Shown: positions 27,817 to 37,485, counted from the stretch's first letter. The stretch is DNA of 64,000 nucleotides from Candidatus Multivorans sp. (GCA_965224025.1 OZ245033.1:896001-960000); one strand, 5' to 3'. The notes: a model not told the origin generated them from the sequence alone. Numbers and translations: made by a program.

Positions 27817-29199
27817 ATGACCGTGGCACTTGACGTCGCGACCCCGACAGGATCCCTGTCCCTGGAACTGCCGCCGTGCAGCCACCGGCCGAAGCCGTAC
27901 ACGGGCGCCACCCGCGAGGAAATCCTCGCCCTGCGCCGGCAGCACGTGAACCCGGCCCTCTTCACCCTGTACAGCGAACCCGTGATGCTGGTCGAAGGCC
28001 GGCGCCAGTACGTCTGGGACGACAGCGGCCGGCGCTACCTCGACCTGTTCGCCGGCATCTGCACCGTCGCCTGCGGCCACTCGCACCCCAGGATCGTCGC
28101 GGCGGTCCAGGAGCAGATGGCGCTCCTTGCCCACAGCTCGACAGCCTTCCTGCATCCGAACATGCCGCGCTTCGCCGAAGCGCTGCTGGCCAAGCTGCCG
28201 CCCGAGCTCGACCGGGTCTACTTCGTGAACAGCGGCAGCGAGGCGAACGACCTGGCCGTCCAGATGGCGCGGCTGTACACCGGCCACTCCGACATCGTCG
28301 GCGTCCGCAACGCCTACCACGGCGGCGGCGCCCCGACCGGCGCCCTGACCGCGATCCACACGTGGAAGTCCTGGGCCCAGCGCGGCGGTCCCGTCCACCA
28401 CGCGATCAACCCCGATCCCTACCGCAACCCGTTCTCCGGCACCCCGGAGCAGATCGCCAGCCAGTGCGCCGAGGATGTCGCGGAACTGATCCGCTACTCC
28501 ACCCCGGGGCAGATCGCCGCCTTCATCTCCGAACCCATCCAGGGCGCCGGCGGCGTCACGATGGGAGCGCCGAACTACCTGGCCGAGGTCTACGGCATCG
28601 TTCGCGCCAGGGGCGGCGTCTGCATCGCCGACGAGGTCCAGACCGGCTTCACCCGCACCGGCGACCACTACTGGGGCTTCGAGCGCTCCGGCGTTCTTCC
28701 CGACATCGCGACGATGGCCAAGGGCATCGGCAACGGCCTGCCTTTAGCCGCCGTCGTGACGACATCGGAGATCGCCGCCACGCTGGCGCAGAACCTCCAC
28801 ATCAACACCTTCGGCGGCAACCCGCTCGTCTCGGCGGCCGGCCTCGCCGTCCTCGAGGTGATCGAGGAGGAGGGCCTCCAGCAGAACGCGCGGATCCTCG
28901 GAAACCGGCTGATCGCCGGTCTGCGAGCCCTGGCCGAGCACCACGAAGCGGTGGGCGACATCCGCGGCCAGGGCCTGATGATCGGCGTCGAACTGGTCGA
29001 GGACCGGCGGTCGAAGACCCCCGCCACCGCCTTCACCGGCCGCGTGCTCGACGAGCTGAAGGGCCTCGGCGCCCTGGCCGGGAAGGGCGGACTGTCCGGC
29101 AACGTGCTCCGGATCAAGCCGCCGCTCTGCCTGACGGACGCCGACGTCGACTTCGCGCTGGCGGCGATGGACGAGGCGCTGACGCGGGCGGCGAGGTAG
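27817..29199 (+). CDS. Class-III PLP aminotransferase (AGXT2-like)
   Basis: YLDLFAGI, VNSGSEAND, DEVQTGF.RTG, AKGIGNG.PL and NTFGGNP motifs. Confidence 0.9.
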   Translation: MTVALDVATPTGSLSLELPPCSHRPKPYTGATREEILALRRQHVNPALFTLYSEPVMLVEGRRQYVWDDSGRRYLDLFAGICTVACGHSHPRIVAAVQEQMALLAHSSTAFLHPNMPRFAEALLAKLPPELDRVYFVNSGSEANDLAVQMARLYTGHSDIVGVRNAYHGGGAPTGALTAIHTWKSWAQRGGPVHHAINPDPYRNPFSGTPEQIASQCAEDVAELIRYSTPGQIAAFISEPIQGAGGVTMGAPNYLAEVYGIVRARGGVCIADEVQTGFTRTGDHYWGFERSGVLPDIATMAKGIGNGLPLAAVVTTSEIAATLAQNLHINTFGGNPLVSAAGLAVLEVIEEEGLQQNARILGNRLIAGLRALAEHHEAVGDIRGQGLMIGVELVEDRRSKTPATAFTGRVLDELKGLGALAGKGGLSGNVLRIKPPLCLTDADVDFALAAMDEALTRAAR

Positions 29200-29207
29200 G
29201 GGCGGAG

Positions 29208-29260
29208 GTCGCCGCTTCGCGGCGCGCTACTTCTCCGCGGGTCAGAAGACCCGCGGCTAC
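29208..29260. repeat. GTAG-type REP-like element (family B), copy 1
   Basis: GTCGCCGCTTCGCGGCGCG...CCGCGGGTCAGAAGACCCGCGGCTAC between convergent genes; near-identical copy at 36667-36719. Confidence 0.8.
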
Positions 29261-29283
29261 AAGACCCGCGTCACATGCGGGGC

Positions 29284-30459
29284 CTACAGGCCGACCACCG
29301 AGACGAAGCTGACGCAGCGGCCCGGCGCACCGCCGAGGTTGTGGGTCAGGCCGAGCTTGGGATCGGCGATCTGACGCTCGCCGGCCTCGCCGCGGAGCTG
29401 CAGCCACATCTCGTACATCATCCGCAGGCCGGAGGCGCCGATCGGATGGCCGAAGCTCTTCAGGCCACCGTCCGGATTGACCGGCTGGTCGCCGTCGAGA
29501 TCGAAGCGGCCGTCCATCGTGTCCTTCCAGGCCTGGCCGCGCGGCGAGAACCCGAGGTCCTCCATCAGCACCAGCTCGGTCGGCGTGAAGCAGTCGTGGA
29601 CCTCCGCCATGCTGATCTGATCGCGCGCATCCTGGATGCCGGCCTGCTCGTAGGCGTCCCTGGCGCTCTCGACGACTTCGGGGAAGGTGGTGAAGTCGTA
29701 GTCCTGCCGCTTGGCGCCCTCGGCCGGGCCGGCCACGAACGACAGCGCCTTGATGAAGATCGGGTTGTCGTTGTACTTGTGGGCATCCTCGGCGCGGCAG
29801 ATCACCGCCGCCGCGGCGCCGTCGGAGACACCCGAGCAGTCCATGATGCCGAGCATGCCGGCGATCTTGGGCGAGGAGTTGATCTTCTCGACCGGCACTT
29901 CCCGCTGGTACTGCGCCTTCTCGTTGCGGGCGCCGTTGTAGTGGTTCTTGTAGGCGATGCGGGTGAGCACGTCGCGCATCGTCTCCAGGTCGACGCCGTA
30001 CTTCTCGGCGTACGCGGGCGCCAGGAGCGAGAAGTTCGCCGGCGCCGTCATGCCGGACTCGGTGCCGTCGCCCGGAGGGGCGCTGCCCGTCAGACCGGAG
30101 AACCCGGAGTCCTTCAGCTTCTCGACGCCGACCGCCATGACCAGGTCGTAGGCGCCGGAAGCGACGGCGTAGGCCGCGTTGCGCATCGCCTCGCTGCCGG
30201 TGGCGCACATGTTCTCGAGCCGGGTCACCGGCTTGTACTGGATCTTGAGCGGCTCCGAGAGGGTCAGGCCGGAGATGCCGCTGCCAGTGGTGCCGAGCCA
30301 GTAGGCGTCGACGTTGTCCGGCTCGATTCCGGCGGAGCCGTAGGCATCCTGCACGGCATCGACCAGCAGATCGCTGGCGCCGCGGTTCCAGTGTTCGCCG
30401 AACTTGGTGCAGCCCATGCCGACGATGGCTACGCGATCACAGATTCCCTTGCTGGCCAT
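29284..30459 (-). CDS. SCP2/PhlC-type thiolase-family acyltransferase
   Basis: ENMCATG, VSDGAAA, EVHDCFT and VNPDGGL..GHPIGASG motifs. Confidence 0.9.
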   Translation of the reverse strand: MASKGICDRVAIVGMGCTKFGEHWNRGASDLLVDAVQDAYGSAGIEPDNVDAYWLGTTGSGISGLTLSEPLKIQYKPVTRLENMCATGSEAMRNAAYAVASGAYDLVMAVGVEKLKDSGFSGLTGSAPPGDGTESGMTAPANFSLLAPAYAEKYGVDLETMRDVLTRIAYKNHYNGARNEKAQYQREVPVEKINSSPKIAGMLGIMDCSGVSDGAAAAVICRAEDAHKYNDNPIFIKALSFVAGPAEGAKRQDYDFTTFPEVVESARDAYEQAGIQDARDQISMAEVHDCFTPTELVLMEDLGFSPRGQAWKDTMDGRFDLDGDQPVNPDGGLKSFGHPIGASGLRMMYEMWLQLRGEAGERQIADPKLGLTHNLGGAPGRCVSFVSVVGL

Positions 30460-30525
30460 TGGTGCTCCTTGGTCGTTCTTCGGACGGGTCCCCGTCCGTA
30501 TCGAGCGTTCGTCCGTATCGAGTGT

Positions 30526-31917
30526 TCAGCGCCTCGGACGCGCCTTCCAGAAGTAGTTGTGTACGCCCCCGGCAGTGTACAGGCGGCGGAATGTCATTTC
30601 CAACTCGTCACCGATCGCGACCTTGTCCGGGTCGACATCGGTGAGCTGGCAGAGCATCCTGCCGCCCTTGTCGAAGTCGACCACCGCGCCGACCACGGGC
30701 GGCTGCAGGGAGTAGGCGAGCCGGTCCAGAGTGTAGGTGCTGATCCGGCACTCGCCGTCGGCGTAGGGCTCGATCGTCGAATCGTCGGACGCCTGGCAGA
30801 CGACGCATACGCGCTGCGGCGGCAGGTTCGTGTTGCCGCAGCGATTGCAGCGGGAGCCCAGGAAACCGAACTTCCAGCGCTCGGCGCGCTGCATCGGCGG
30901 CGCCGCCGGCCGATCGGGGTCGGGGCGCCGCGGCGGTTCGAAGGGCAGCACGTCGCGCCACTTGAGGTACGTCGTGTAGGCGAGATCGTCGCGCTTGGAC
31001 CCGACCCAGGAAGCCACGCTGTGCTTGGGACGGCCGTCGTCTACCTGGTCGGTGACCTCGAACACGGCCACGTCGACGCCGTCGGCAACGCAGGCCACCG
31101 CGATCTTGTCGCCGGCCGACGCACCGTCCAGCGCGCTCGCCAGAACCAGACCGGCGTTGGCGGCGCCCGCGCGGCCCACCGTGCCCGCCATGCCGTCGGC
31201 GAGCTGCGCCGGAGCGAGTCCGGAGGGGCGCATGAAACCGCGGAAGACGCGGGCGTTCGTGCCGTCGAGCACGACCTTGGAGAGATCGGAGGCCGCCAAT
31301 CCGGCGTCGGCCAGGGCGCTGGCGAACGTGTCGACCAGCAGGGGCGTGAAGATGCTCGCGCCGAAGCGCTCCTCCCACTGCTTGGCGAAGGGCATGCCGG
31401 GGCTCCGCCAGACGTCGAGCACCTCTTCGGTGCAGGAAGCCCGGCCGATCAGACGGGCAATCGGCTCTCCGCCGCCGAGGACGAAGGCCGCCGCCGCGTC
31501 GCCGCCGCCCGACTCGCGCGGACCGCTCGGGGCGCCGACGACCACGTCGCTGGCGGCCACCAGGACGGTGCGCCCGGCCGCCGCCATGTCCAGGCCCGCC
31601 AGAAGGGCCGACAGCCCGGCGCGGCTCGAACCGCCGAAGTCGAGCGCCGTGACCGCCTTGGGCAGGTTGGTCGCGGCCTGCAGCGTCGCCGCGTTCAGCT
31701 TCTCGCTGTACGGGGCGCTGGTCGAGGCGAACACCACGGTGTCCACGGCGGCCCCGTCGGGCAACTCGCGCAGCGCCTCGCGCGAAGCCTCGACCGCCAT
31801 CGAGGCCGAGTCTTCGTCGTAGCTCGCGGCGGCGCGCTCGCCGCGGCCTCCGCCCATGGCCGACCGCTGGATGCGAGAGAACGGTACATAGCTGCCGTAA
31901 CGAAGGATTCCGGACAT
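30526..31917 (-). CDS. HMG-CoA-synthase-like domain fused to a DUF35 zinc-ribbon/OB-fold domain
   Basis: YGSYVP, DEDS.SMAVEA and GGDAAAA motifs; C-terminal CNRC..PP.R.C..C and IGDELEMTFRRL..NYFWKA. Confidence 0.85.
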   Translation of the reverse strand: MSGILRYGSYVPFSRIQRSAMGGGRGERAAASYDEDSASMAVEASREALRELPDGAAVDTVVFASTSAPYSEKLNAATLQAATNLPKAVTALDFGGSSRAGLSALLAGLDMAAAGRTVLVAASDVVVGAPSGPRESGGGDAAAAFVLGGGEPIARLIGRASCTEEVLDVWRSPGMPFAKQWEERFGASIFTPLLVDTFASALADAGLAASDLSKVVLDGTNARVFRGFMRPSGLAPAQLADGMAGTVGRAGAANAGLVLASALDGASAGDKIAVACVADGVDVAVFEVTDQVDDGRPKHSVASWVGSKRDDLAYTTYLKWRDVLPFEPPRRPDPDRPAAPPMQRAERWKFGFLGSRCNRCGNTNLPPQRVCVVCQASDDSTIEPYADGECRISTYTLDRLAYSLQPPVVGAVVDFDKGGRMLCQLTDVDPDKVAIGDELEMTFRRLYTAGGVHNYFWKARPRR

Positions 31918-32017
31918 GGAAGCGGGTCTCCTGGTCTATGAGAACGTTGTCTGCCGACCGGTCGGTAGGTGGAAGGGATGCAGTCTAGCAGCGATCGGGA
32001 TCGGGGCCAGCGGGTTC

Positions 32018-33223
32018 CTACCGGTTGGCGTTCCTGCTCGCCTCTTCGAGCGCCCGCATGTTCTCTTGTATCTTCCGCCGGATTGCGTCGGCGCGTTCCT
32101 TGTGGTACTTCTCGAAGTCGACCGGCTTCTCGTCGACGATCTGGTAGATGCGGGTGAACTTCTGCACGTCCCCGGTTTCCCGGAACTGGATGTTTCCGGT
32201 GACGCCTTGGAGTTCGCGCACCGCTCTCATGCCCTTGAGGAAGTCACTCGGGACGGCGATCACCTCGACCTCGGACAGGGCCTCGATGTAGACCCAGAGC
32301 GCGTCGTAGCCGAGGGCCGCGTAGTAGCTCGGAACGCTGCCGTGCTTCTCCTGGTAAGCCGCGACGAAGGACGCAACCGGCTCCTCGGGACTCTCGGCGT
32401 CATAGAGCGGCGCCGTCATGAAGCTGTTGTTCCCTGCCGGGCCCGCCGCCGTCAGCACGGATTCGATGGCAAGCGAGGAACTCGCAGCCAGGTAGTCGTG
32501 CGCGCCGTTGAAGCCACCAAGACGGAGCGCCTGCATCGCCTCGGCCAGCGCCGCCCCGGACGCGGCAACGTAGATCGCATCCGCCTCGTAGCTCAGCGCT
32601 GCGTTGACCATGGCGTTCTGATCGCTGGAAGCGGTAAAGAGGACGCGGCCCGCGAGTCGGGTTCCCCAAACCGCCTCGACGGAGTCGGCGAGAGAGGTGC
32701 CGAAAGCCGTGTCCTGGGCTACCACGACGAGCCGTTCGACCTGCAGCCTGTCGCGCAGGAACGTCGCCATGGTCGAGGCTTCGATCTCCGCACTCGGATA
32801 GAGCCGGTAAAAGAACTCGGACACGCCGCTCAACTCCGGGCTCGATGCGGACGGCGACAGCAGCACACGATCCGCCTCGTTGACGACCGGAATCATGGCC
32901 AGGGCCTCGTCACTCGTCACCCCGCCGATCGCTGCCAACGACGTGGCGAACGCCGTCTCCAGCAGCGCCGCGGCCCGTGCCGGGTCGCCCTCGGAGTCGA
33001 CGATCTCGATGACCACGTTGTAGCCGATGTCTTCATCGCCCGCCATCAGCCGCTCGTGACGCAACTGGATGCCGTTCGCGATCTCCTGGCCGTAGAGGGC
33101 CGCCTCGCCGGTCAGCGGCGCGACGGCCGAGATGGTAACGGTTGGAACTTCCGGGCCGCAGCCGACCGCCGGCAGCAGGCACAGGACTCCGAGCAGCACA
33201 AGGGTTCGTGTACGCAAGCTCAT
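32018..33223 (-). CDS. LivJ-like ABC substrate-binding lipoprotein (no permease genes nearby)
   Basis: Lipobox AVGC; APLTG..A.YG, LSPSASSPELS, YAALGYDA and GVTGNI.F..GD motifs. Confidence 0.88.
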   Translation of the reverse strand: MSLRTRTLVLLGVLCLLPAVGCGPEVPTVTISAVAPLTGEAALYGQEIANGIQLRHERLMAGDEDIGYNVVIEIVDSEGDPARAAALLETAFATSLAAIGGVTSDEALAMIPVVNEADRVLLSPSASSPELSGVSEFFYRLYPSAEIEASTMATFLRDRLQVERLVVVAQDTAFGTSLADSVEAVWGTRLAGRVLFTASSDQNAMVNAALSYEADAIYVAASGAALAEAMQALRLGGFNGAHDYLAASSSLAIESVLTAAGPAGNNSFMTAPLYDAESPEEPVASFVAAYQEKHGSVPSYYAALGYDALWVYIEALSEVEVIAVPSDFLKGMRAVRELQGVTGNIQFRETGDVQKFTRIYQIVDEKPVDFEKYHKERADAIRRKIQENMRALEEASRNANR

Positions 33224-33341
33224 CACTCCAGGTTCTCCATCAGCCGGCAATGTCGCCGAATCGATGCGGCAACCTCTTCGGGGGCGCCTCACGCGATCCG
33301 GCGGAGGCAATGCCTCGAATCGCACGGTAGGACCGTCCATT

Positions 33342-33506
33342 CTAGGAGTCCGCGCGGCAGAAACGCAACTTCAGCCGATGCCCAAGTTCGGTCAGCGGCT
33401 CGTCGTCGCGCCAGGTGTAGCGGCTGGCGAGATTGGCCACGCTCTCGCCATGCCGGACCATCAGCAGCGTGGACACGGCATCAAAGCCCGGAGGCGGCTC
33501 GGTCAC
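33342..33506 (-). pseudogene. N-terminal fragment of a histidine phosphatase
   Basis: LLMVRHGESVAN..D.PLTELG, then a stop after about 55 codons. Confidence 0.7.
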
Positions 33507-34974
33507 CAACGGCGCGCGTGACCGGCTGGCTGCCGACCGGTCCACTCACCCAGCCACCGATCACAGCGGAGAACAGCCCGGCGTTGCCACCGGCGTGGAC
33601 CAGTTGCAGCCCTCCCGACCGGAACTTCGGCACCTGGGCGCCAGCCATCTTTTCCGGTATCCCCTCGTCGCAGTCGCCGGCGCCGCGAACCAGATCGGCG
33701 CCCGATCGCACCAGCAGGCCGTCGAGTTCCCGGCGGAGCCTGGCCTTGTCCCAGCCAGCCCGCCGGAAGACGTTGCCATGCTCCGCCCCCACCACCAGCA
33801 TCGCGTCGAAGCCGACGATCAGCTTGTGGTGGGCGACGCTCAGAAGAGCCGCCGCCAGCGAGCGGGTCAACGACTCCGGCCTGCGGGACAACTGATCGAC
33901 CACACCGCGGGGTCCCTCGCCGGCGAACAGGGTCACGGCGGAAGCGCCTTCGGGAATGCCCCGTTCAACAGCCAGCGATTCCCAGGGCGAGTCGTCCTCC
34001 CGCTCGGCGAAGCAGAAGCTGAGCTTGCCGGGGTTGCCGAGCGTGGCCCGATCCACTTCGCCCGGCCGGGCGCCGCCGACGTTGCGCAGCACGAGCTGAA
34101 GCGCGCGGCCGATGGTCGAGTTCGCCCGATTGCCCTGCCCCAGGACGTTCATCTTCGAGTTCATGCCGATCGCGGACGTGACCGGCCCGTTCACCACGAC
34201 GATGGGGCCGGCGAAGTACGTCGTGGCCGCGAGACCGTGCCAGTTGAACTCTTCGGTCAGCGCCGCCTCGACCGCGGCCAGAACCACCGGCATGTACTCG
34301 GGACGGCAGCCGGCCATCACCGCGCCCGTGGCGACCTTCTCCACGGTGCACTTGCCATAGTCGGGCGCCACCAGTCCGAGGACATCCGCACGGTCGCGCC
34401 TCGTGCCGGCGAGCATCCGCTCGACCCGCTCGGGCGTCGGCGGCACCACCGGCAGACCGTCCGTCCAGCCGCGCGCGAAGCAGGCCTCGACCTCGTCTTC
34501 CTGATCGCCGAGTTCGACCCTGCGCGAACCGCCGCCCGCGAACAGCGCCGCGAGCCGCTCGACGTGAGGCGGCTCGACGTTCAGGGCGCCGCAGCCTGGA
34601 CGGCTCGGCGGCAGATCCGCGCCCAGTCCGTCGAGACCGCTAACCTCCTGCCACTGTTCCCGGTTCCAGCCGATCGCCGTGCCTACAGTAGAGCCGCCAT
34701 CCCTCGACAGGAGCGTCGGCACGATCTCGATCCCCAGCCGGTGCGACAGCACGAGGTCCGCGTCGTGGACGGGATCTCCCGCGACCGGGAAGGCCGGATC
34801 GTCCTGGGTCACCACGAGCACCGGCCGGTGGCGTCGGACCTCGTCCAGCACCGGTTCGACCAACTGACAGGTCGGACAGTCCTTCTTGACCACCGCCACC
34901 AGGCCTTGATCGAAGCCTGGAGGCGCCCCAGAGGAAACGGAGGATGCGGCGGAGACGGAAGATGATGGAGCCAT
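33481..34974 (-). CDS. Thioredoxin-like (CPTC) domain fused to the conserved unknown 'GWTDGLPVVPPT' domain; UGSC partner
   Basis: KKDCPTC, RPGCG, GWTDGLPVVPPTPERV, AVMAGCRPEY, G.GNRANSTIGRAL and G.PGK...C.AE motifs. Confidence 0.8.
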   Translation of the reverse strand: MAPSSSVSAASSVSSGAPPGFDQGLVAVVKKDCPTCQLVEPVLDEVRRHRPVLVVTQDDPAFPVAGDPVHDADLVLSHRLGIEIVPTLLSRDGGSTVGTAIGWNREQWQEVSGLDGLGADLPPSRPGCGALNVEPPHVERLAALFAGGGSRRVELGDQEDEVEACFARGWTDGLPVVPPTPERVERMLAGTRRDRADVLGLVAPDYGKCTVEKVATGAVMAGCRPEYMPVVLAAVEAALTEEFNWHGLAATTYFAGPIVVVNGPVTSAIGMNSKMNVLGQGNRANSTIGRALQLVLRNVGGARPGEVDRATLGNPGKLSFCFAEREDDSPWESLAVERGIPEGASAVTLFAGEGPRGVVDQLSRRPESLTRSLAAALLSVAHHKLIVGFDAMLVVGAEHGNVFRRAGWDKARLRRELDGLLVRSGADLVRGAGDCDEGIPEKMAGAQVPKFRSGGLQLVHAGGNAGLFSAVIGGWVSGPVGSQPVTRAVGDRAASGL

Positions 34975-35036
34975 GGCGCGGGACGATAGCAGCGTGCGGG
35001 TCGTGTATCGTTCCCCACTCACGGAGGAGACAACTC

Positions 35037-35552
35037 ATGGTCCAGACCCTGATCGACCCGACGAACGAGGCAGCCCCCGCGGCCCGCGCCGCGGCGCCGC
35101 GACTCGACTCCATCGGCGGCAAGACGATCGCCCTGCTCGACATTTCCAAGGCGCGCGGCGACCTGTTCCTCGACCGCGTCGAAGAGAGAATCGCAAGCCG
35201 CGGCGCGTCCGTGCTCCGCTTCACCAAGCCCACCTTCTCCAAGGTGGCGCCGGCCGACCTTCGCGCCGAGATCGCCCAGCGTTGCGACGCGGTGATCGAA
35301 GCGCTGGCCGACTGAGGGTCCTGCACGTCGTGCAGTGTGCACGACACGACCCAGTTGGAAGAGATGGGGCTGCCGTCGGTGTTCGTCGCCTCGTGCGAGT
35401 TCCAGGACGCCGCCGAGTCGCAGTCGAAGTCGCTCGGCTCCTCGCCGGAAGTCGTCTACGTGCGGCACCCGATCCAGGACCGCTTGGACGACGAGATGGG
35501 AGAGATCGCCGATCAGGCGGTCGACGCCCTCGTCTCCGCACTGACCAACTGA
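35037..35552 (+). CDS. UGSC-family selenoprotein (Sec at TGA 35313-35315)
   Basis: GGAGGA RBS. Reads MVQTLIDPT..LLDISK.RG..KPTFS..EALAD-TGA-GSCTSCSVHD..HPIQ in one frame across the TGA; SECIS-like hairpin directly downstream. Confidence 0.9.
35316..35352 (+). promoter_or_regulatory. Candidate bacterial SECIS element
   Basis: Perfect 8-bp stem GTCGTGCA-GTG-TGCACGAC begins 11 nt after the UGA; outer GGGTC/GACCC pairing. Confidence 0.7.
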
Positions 35553-35597
35553 CACGCGCGAAGCGCAGGTCCGGCTGAGGGCCAACCGAGCAGGCCC

Positions 35598-36653
35598 ATG
35601 CGGACCAGCACCTCAAGCGCCAAGAAGCAGCTCGAGTCACCAAGGCGCTTCACCACCGCCGCCGGGCGGGTGGTGTACGCCCTGAACCTGGAGGTGTTCC
35701 CGAACTTCTTCGGCAACGTCTACGTGATCGACGACGGCGCCCGCCGCACCCTGGTCGACTGCGGCTCGGGCATGGACTTCTCGAACGAGAACCTGGTCCG
35801 CGGCCTGGCCTCGGTCGAGGAGCGCTTCGGCGCCCGCATCGGCCTCGCCGACATCGACGTCATCCTGATCACCCACGGCCACATGGACCACTTCGGCGGC
35901 CTCCAGTTCGTCCGCCTCCACACCGAGGCGCCGGTCGGCATCCATGTGCTCGACCGCCGCGTGCTGACCCACTACGAGGAACGGGTCGTGGTCGCCTCGC
36001 ACCAACTTCGCGTGTTCCTGAACCGGGCCGGACTCTCGGCCGGCAAGTGCGGCCAGTTGATGATGATGTACACGGCGCCCAAGGCGCGGTACGCCTCGGT
36101 ACCGGTGCAGTTCCTGCTCGACGAGGGCCAAGGCGTCCCGGATGCGCACGGCGGAGATCTCGACATCGAGGTCATTCACGTCCCCGGGCATTGTCCAGGG
36201 CAGGTGTGCCTCAGGGTAGACGACATCCTGCTGACCGCCGACCATGTCCTGGCGCGCATCACGCCTCACCAGTCGCCCGAGTCGCTGACCCTCAACATGG
36301 GCCTCGGCCACTACTTGGAGGCTCTGGGAAAAATCGAGACGCTCGACGGCATCCGGGTCGGTCTTGGCGGCCACGAGGAACCGATCGAGGACGTGACCGC
36401 GAGAGTCGGAGAGATCCGCGAGTCTCACGACAAGCGGCTGAACGTGATCATGGACACCTGCCGGGCACCCCAGACCACCGCCGACATCAGCCGCAGGCTG
36501 TTCGGCGCCGTCCGCGGCTACACCGTGCTCCTCGCGCTGGAAGAGGCCGGCGCGCACGTGGAGTACCTCTACCAGCGCGGCGAACTCGTGGCCGAGAACG
36601 TAGGCGAACTGGAGTCCGAGGAAGACCCGGTGGTTCGCTACGTGCGGGCGTAG
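35598..36653 (+). CDS. MBL-fold metallo-hydrolase
   Basis: LVDCG, THGHMDHFGG, PGHCPG, TADH and GGHE motifs. Confidence 0.9.
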   Translation: MRTSTSSAKKQLESPRRFTTAAGRVVYALNLEVFPNFFGNVYVIDDGARRTLVDCGSGMDFSNENLVRGLASVEERFGARIGLADIDVILITHGHMDHFGGLQFVRLHTEAPVGIHVLDRRVLTHYEERVVVASHQLRVFLNRAGLSAGKCGQLMMMYTAPKARYASVPVQFLLDEGQGVPDAHGGDLDIEVIHVPGHCPGQVCLRVDDILLTADHVLARITPHQSPESLTLNMGLGHYLEALGKIETLDGIRVGLGGHEEPIEDVTARVGEIRESHDKRLNVIMDTCRAPQTTADISRRLFGAVRGYTVLLALEEAGAHVEYLYQRGELVAENVGELESEEDPVVRYVRA

Positions 36654-36666
36654 CAACCGCAGAATA

Positions 36667-36719
36667 GTCGCCGCTTCGCGGCGCGTTTCTTCCCCGCGGG
36701 TCAGAAGACCCGCGGCTAC
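36667..36719. repeat. GTAG-type REP-like element (family B), copy 2
   Basis: Same sequence as 29208-29260. Confidence 0.8.
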
Positions 36720-36819
36720 GGCCTGTGGTAGATCTCCCTCTGCCCGCGCCCATGTTCACTGTCGCGCCCACTTCCCATCGCGGTCCGCTCTCAGGCAGCC
36801 GGTCGCGCCGCCGCGAAAC

Positions 36820-37485
36820 GTGAAGATCGCCGGCAAGCACGCGCTCGCCGTTCCGCGCGGCGTCGTCTGGGAGGCGATCCTCGACCCGGAGGTCCTGTCT
36901 CGCACGCTTCCCGGCTGCGAGGACATGGCGCCGGTAGGAGACAACCAGTTTCGCGGCAAGCTGAAGATGAAGGTCGGCCCCGTCCAGGGCCTGTTCGAGG
37001 GCGGCGTCGAGCTTCTCGACCTCGACCCGCCGAATGGCTACAAGCTGAAGATGGACGGCAAGGGGGCGCCCGGCTTCGTCAACGGCAGCGGTTCCATCCG
37101 CCTCGAGGACACGGACGACGGCGCCACATTGCTCCACTACGACATCGACGCCCGGGTCGGCGGCCGTATCGCTGCGGTCGGCCAGCGGCTGCTCGACAGC
37201 TCGGCCAAGGTGCTGACCCGCCAGGGCATTCAGGGCCTGGAGAAGCAGCTCGAGGCGCGGGCGGCAGCGGCGGCCGCCGCGGCCCCGGCCGAAGCCGCGG
37301 AGACGCCGGCCACAGCCACGCCGCCTTCACCGTCCAAAGCCCCGGGCGGCGCCGAAGCGCCGTCCCAGGCCGCCTTCGCCGGCCGGTTCGCTGCCGGTCT
37401 GGCCAAGGAACTCTGGCCCTACGTTGCCGGCGGCACCCTGGCCGTTCTTGCCGCCATCGCAATTTCGCTTCGCGCTTGCTCGTAG
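36820..37485 (+). CDS. coxG: CoxG-like SRPBCC protein with C-terminal membrane anchor
   Basis: [17 protein letters not shown] and [12 protein letters not shown] motifs; Ala/Pro linker and terminal TM helix. Confidence 0.85.
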   Translation: MKIAGKHALAVPRGVVWEAILDPEVLSRTLPGCEDMAPVGDNQFRGKLKMKVGPVQGLFEGGVELLDLDPPNGYKLKMDGKGAPGFVNGSGSIRLEDTDDGATLLHYDIDARVGGRIAAVGQRLLDSSAKVLTRQGIQGLEKQLEARAAAAAAAAPAEAAETPATATPPSPSKAPGGAEAPSQAAFAGRFAAGLAKELWPYVAGGTLAVLAAIAISLRACS

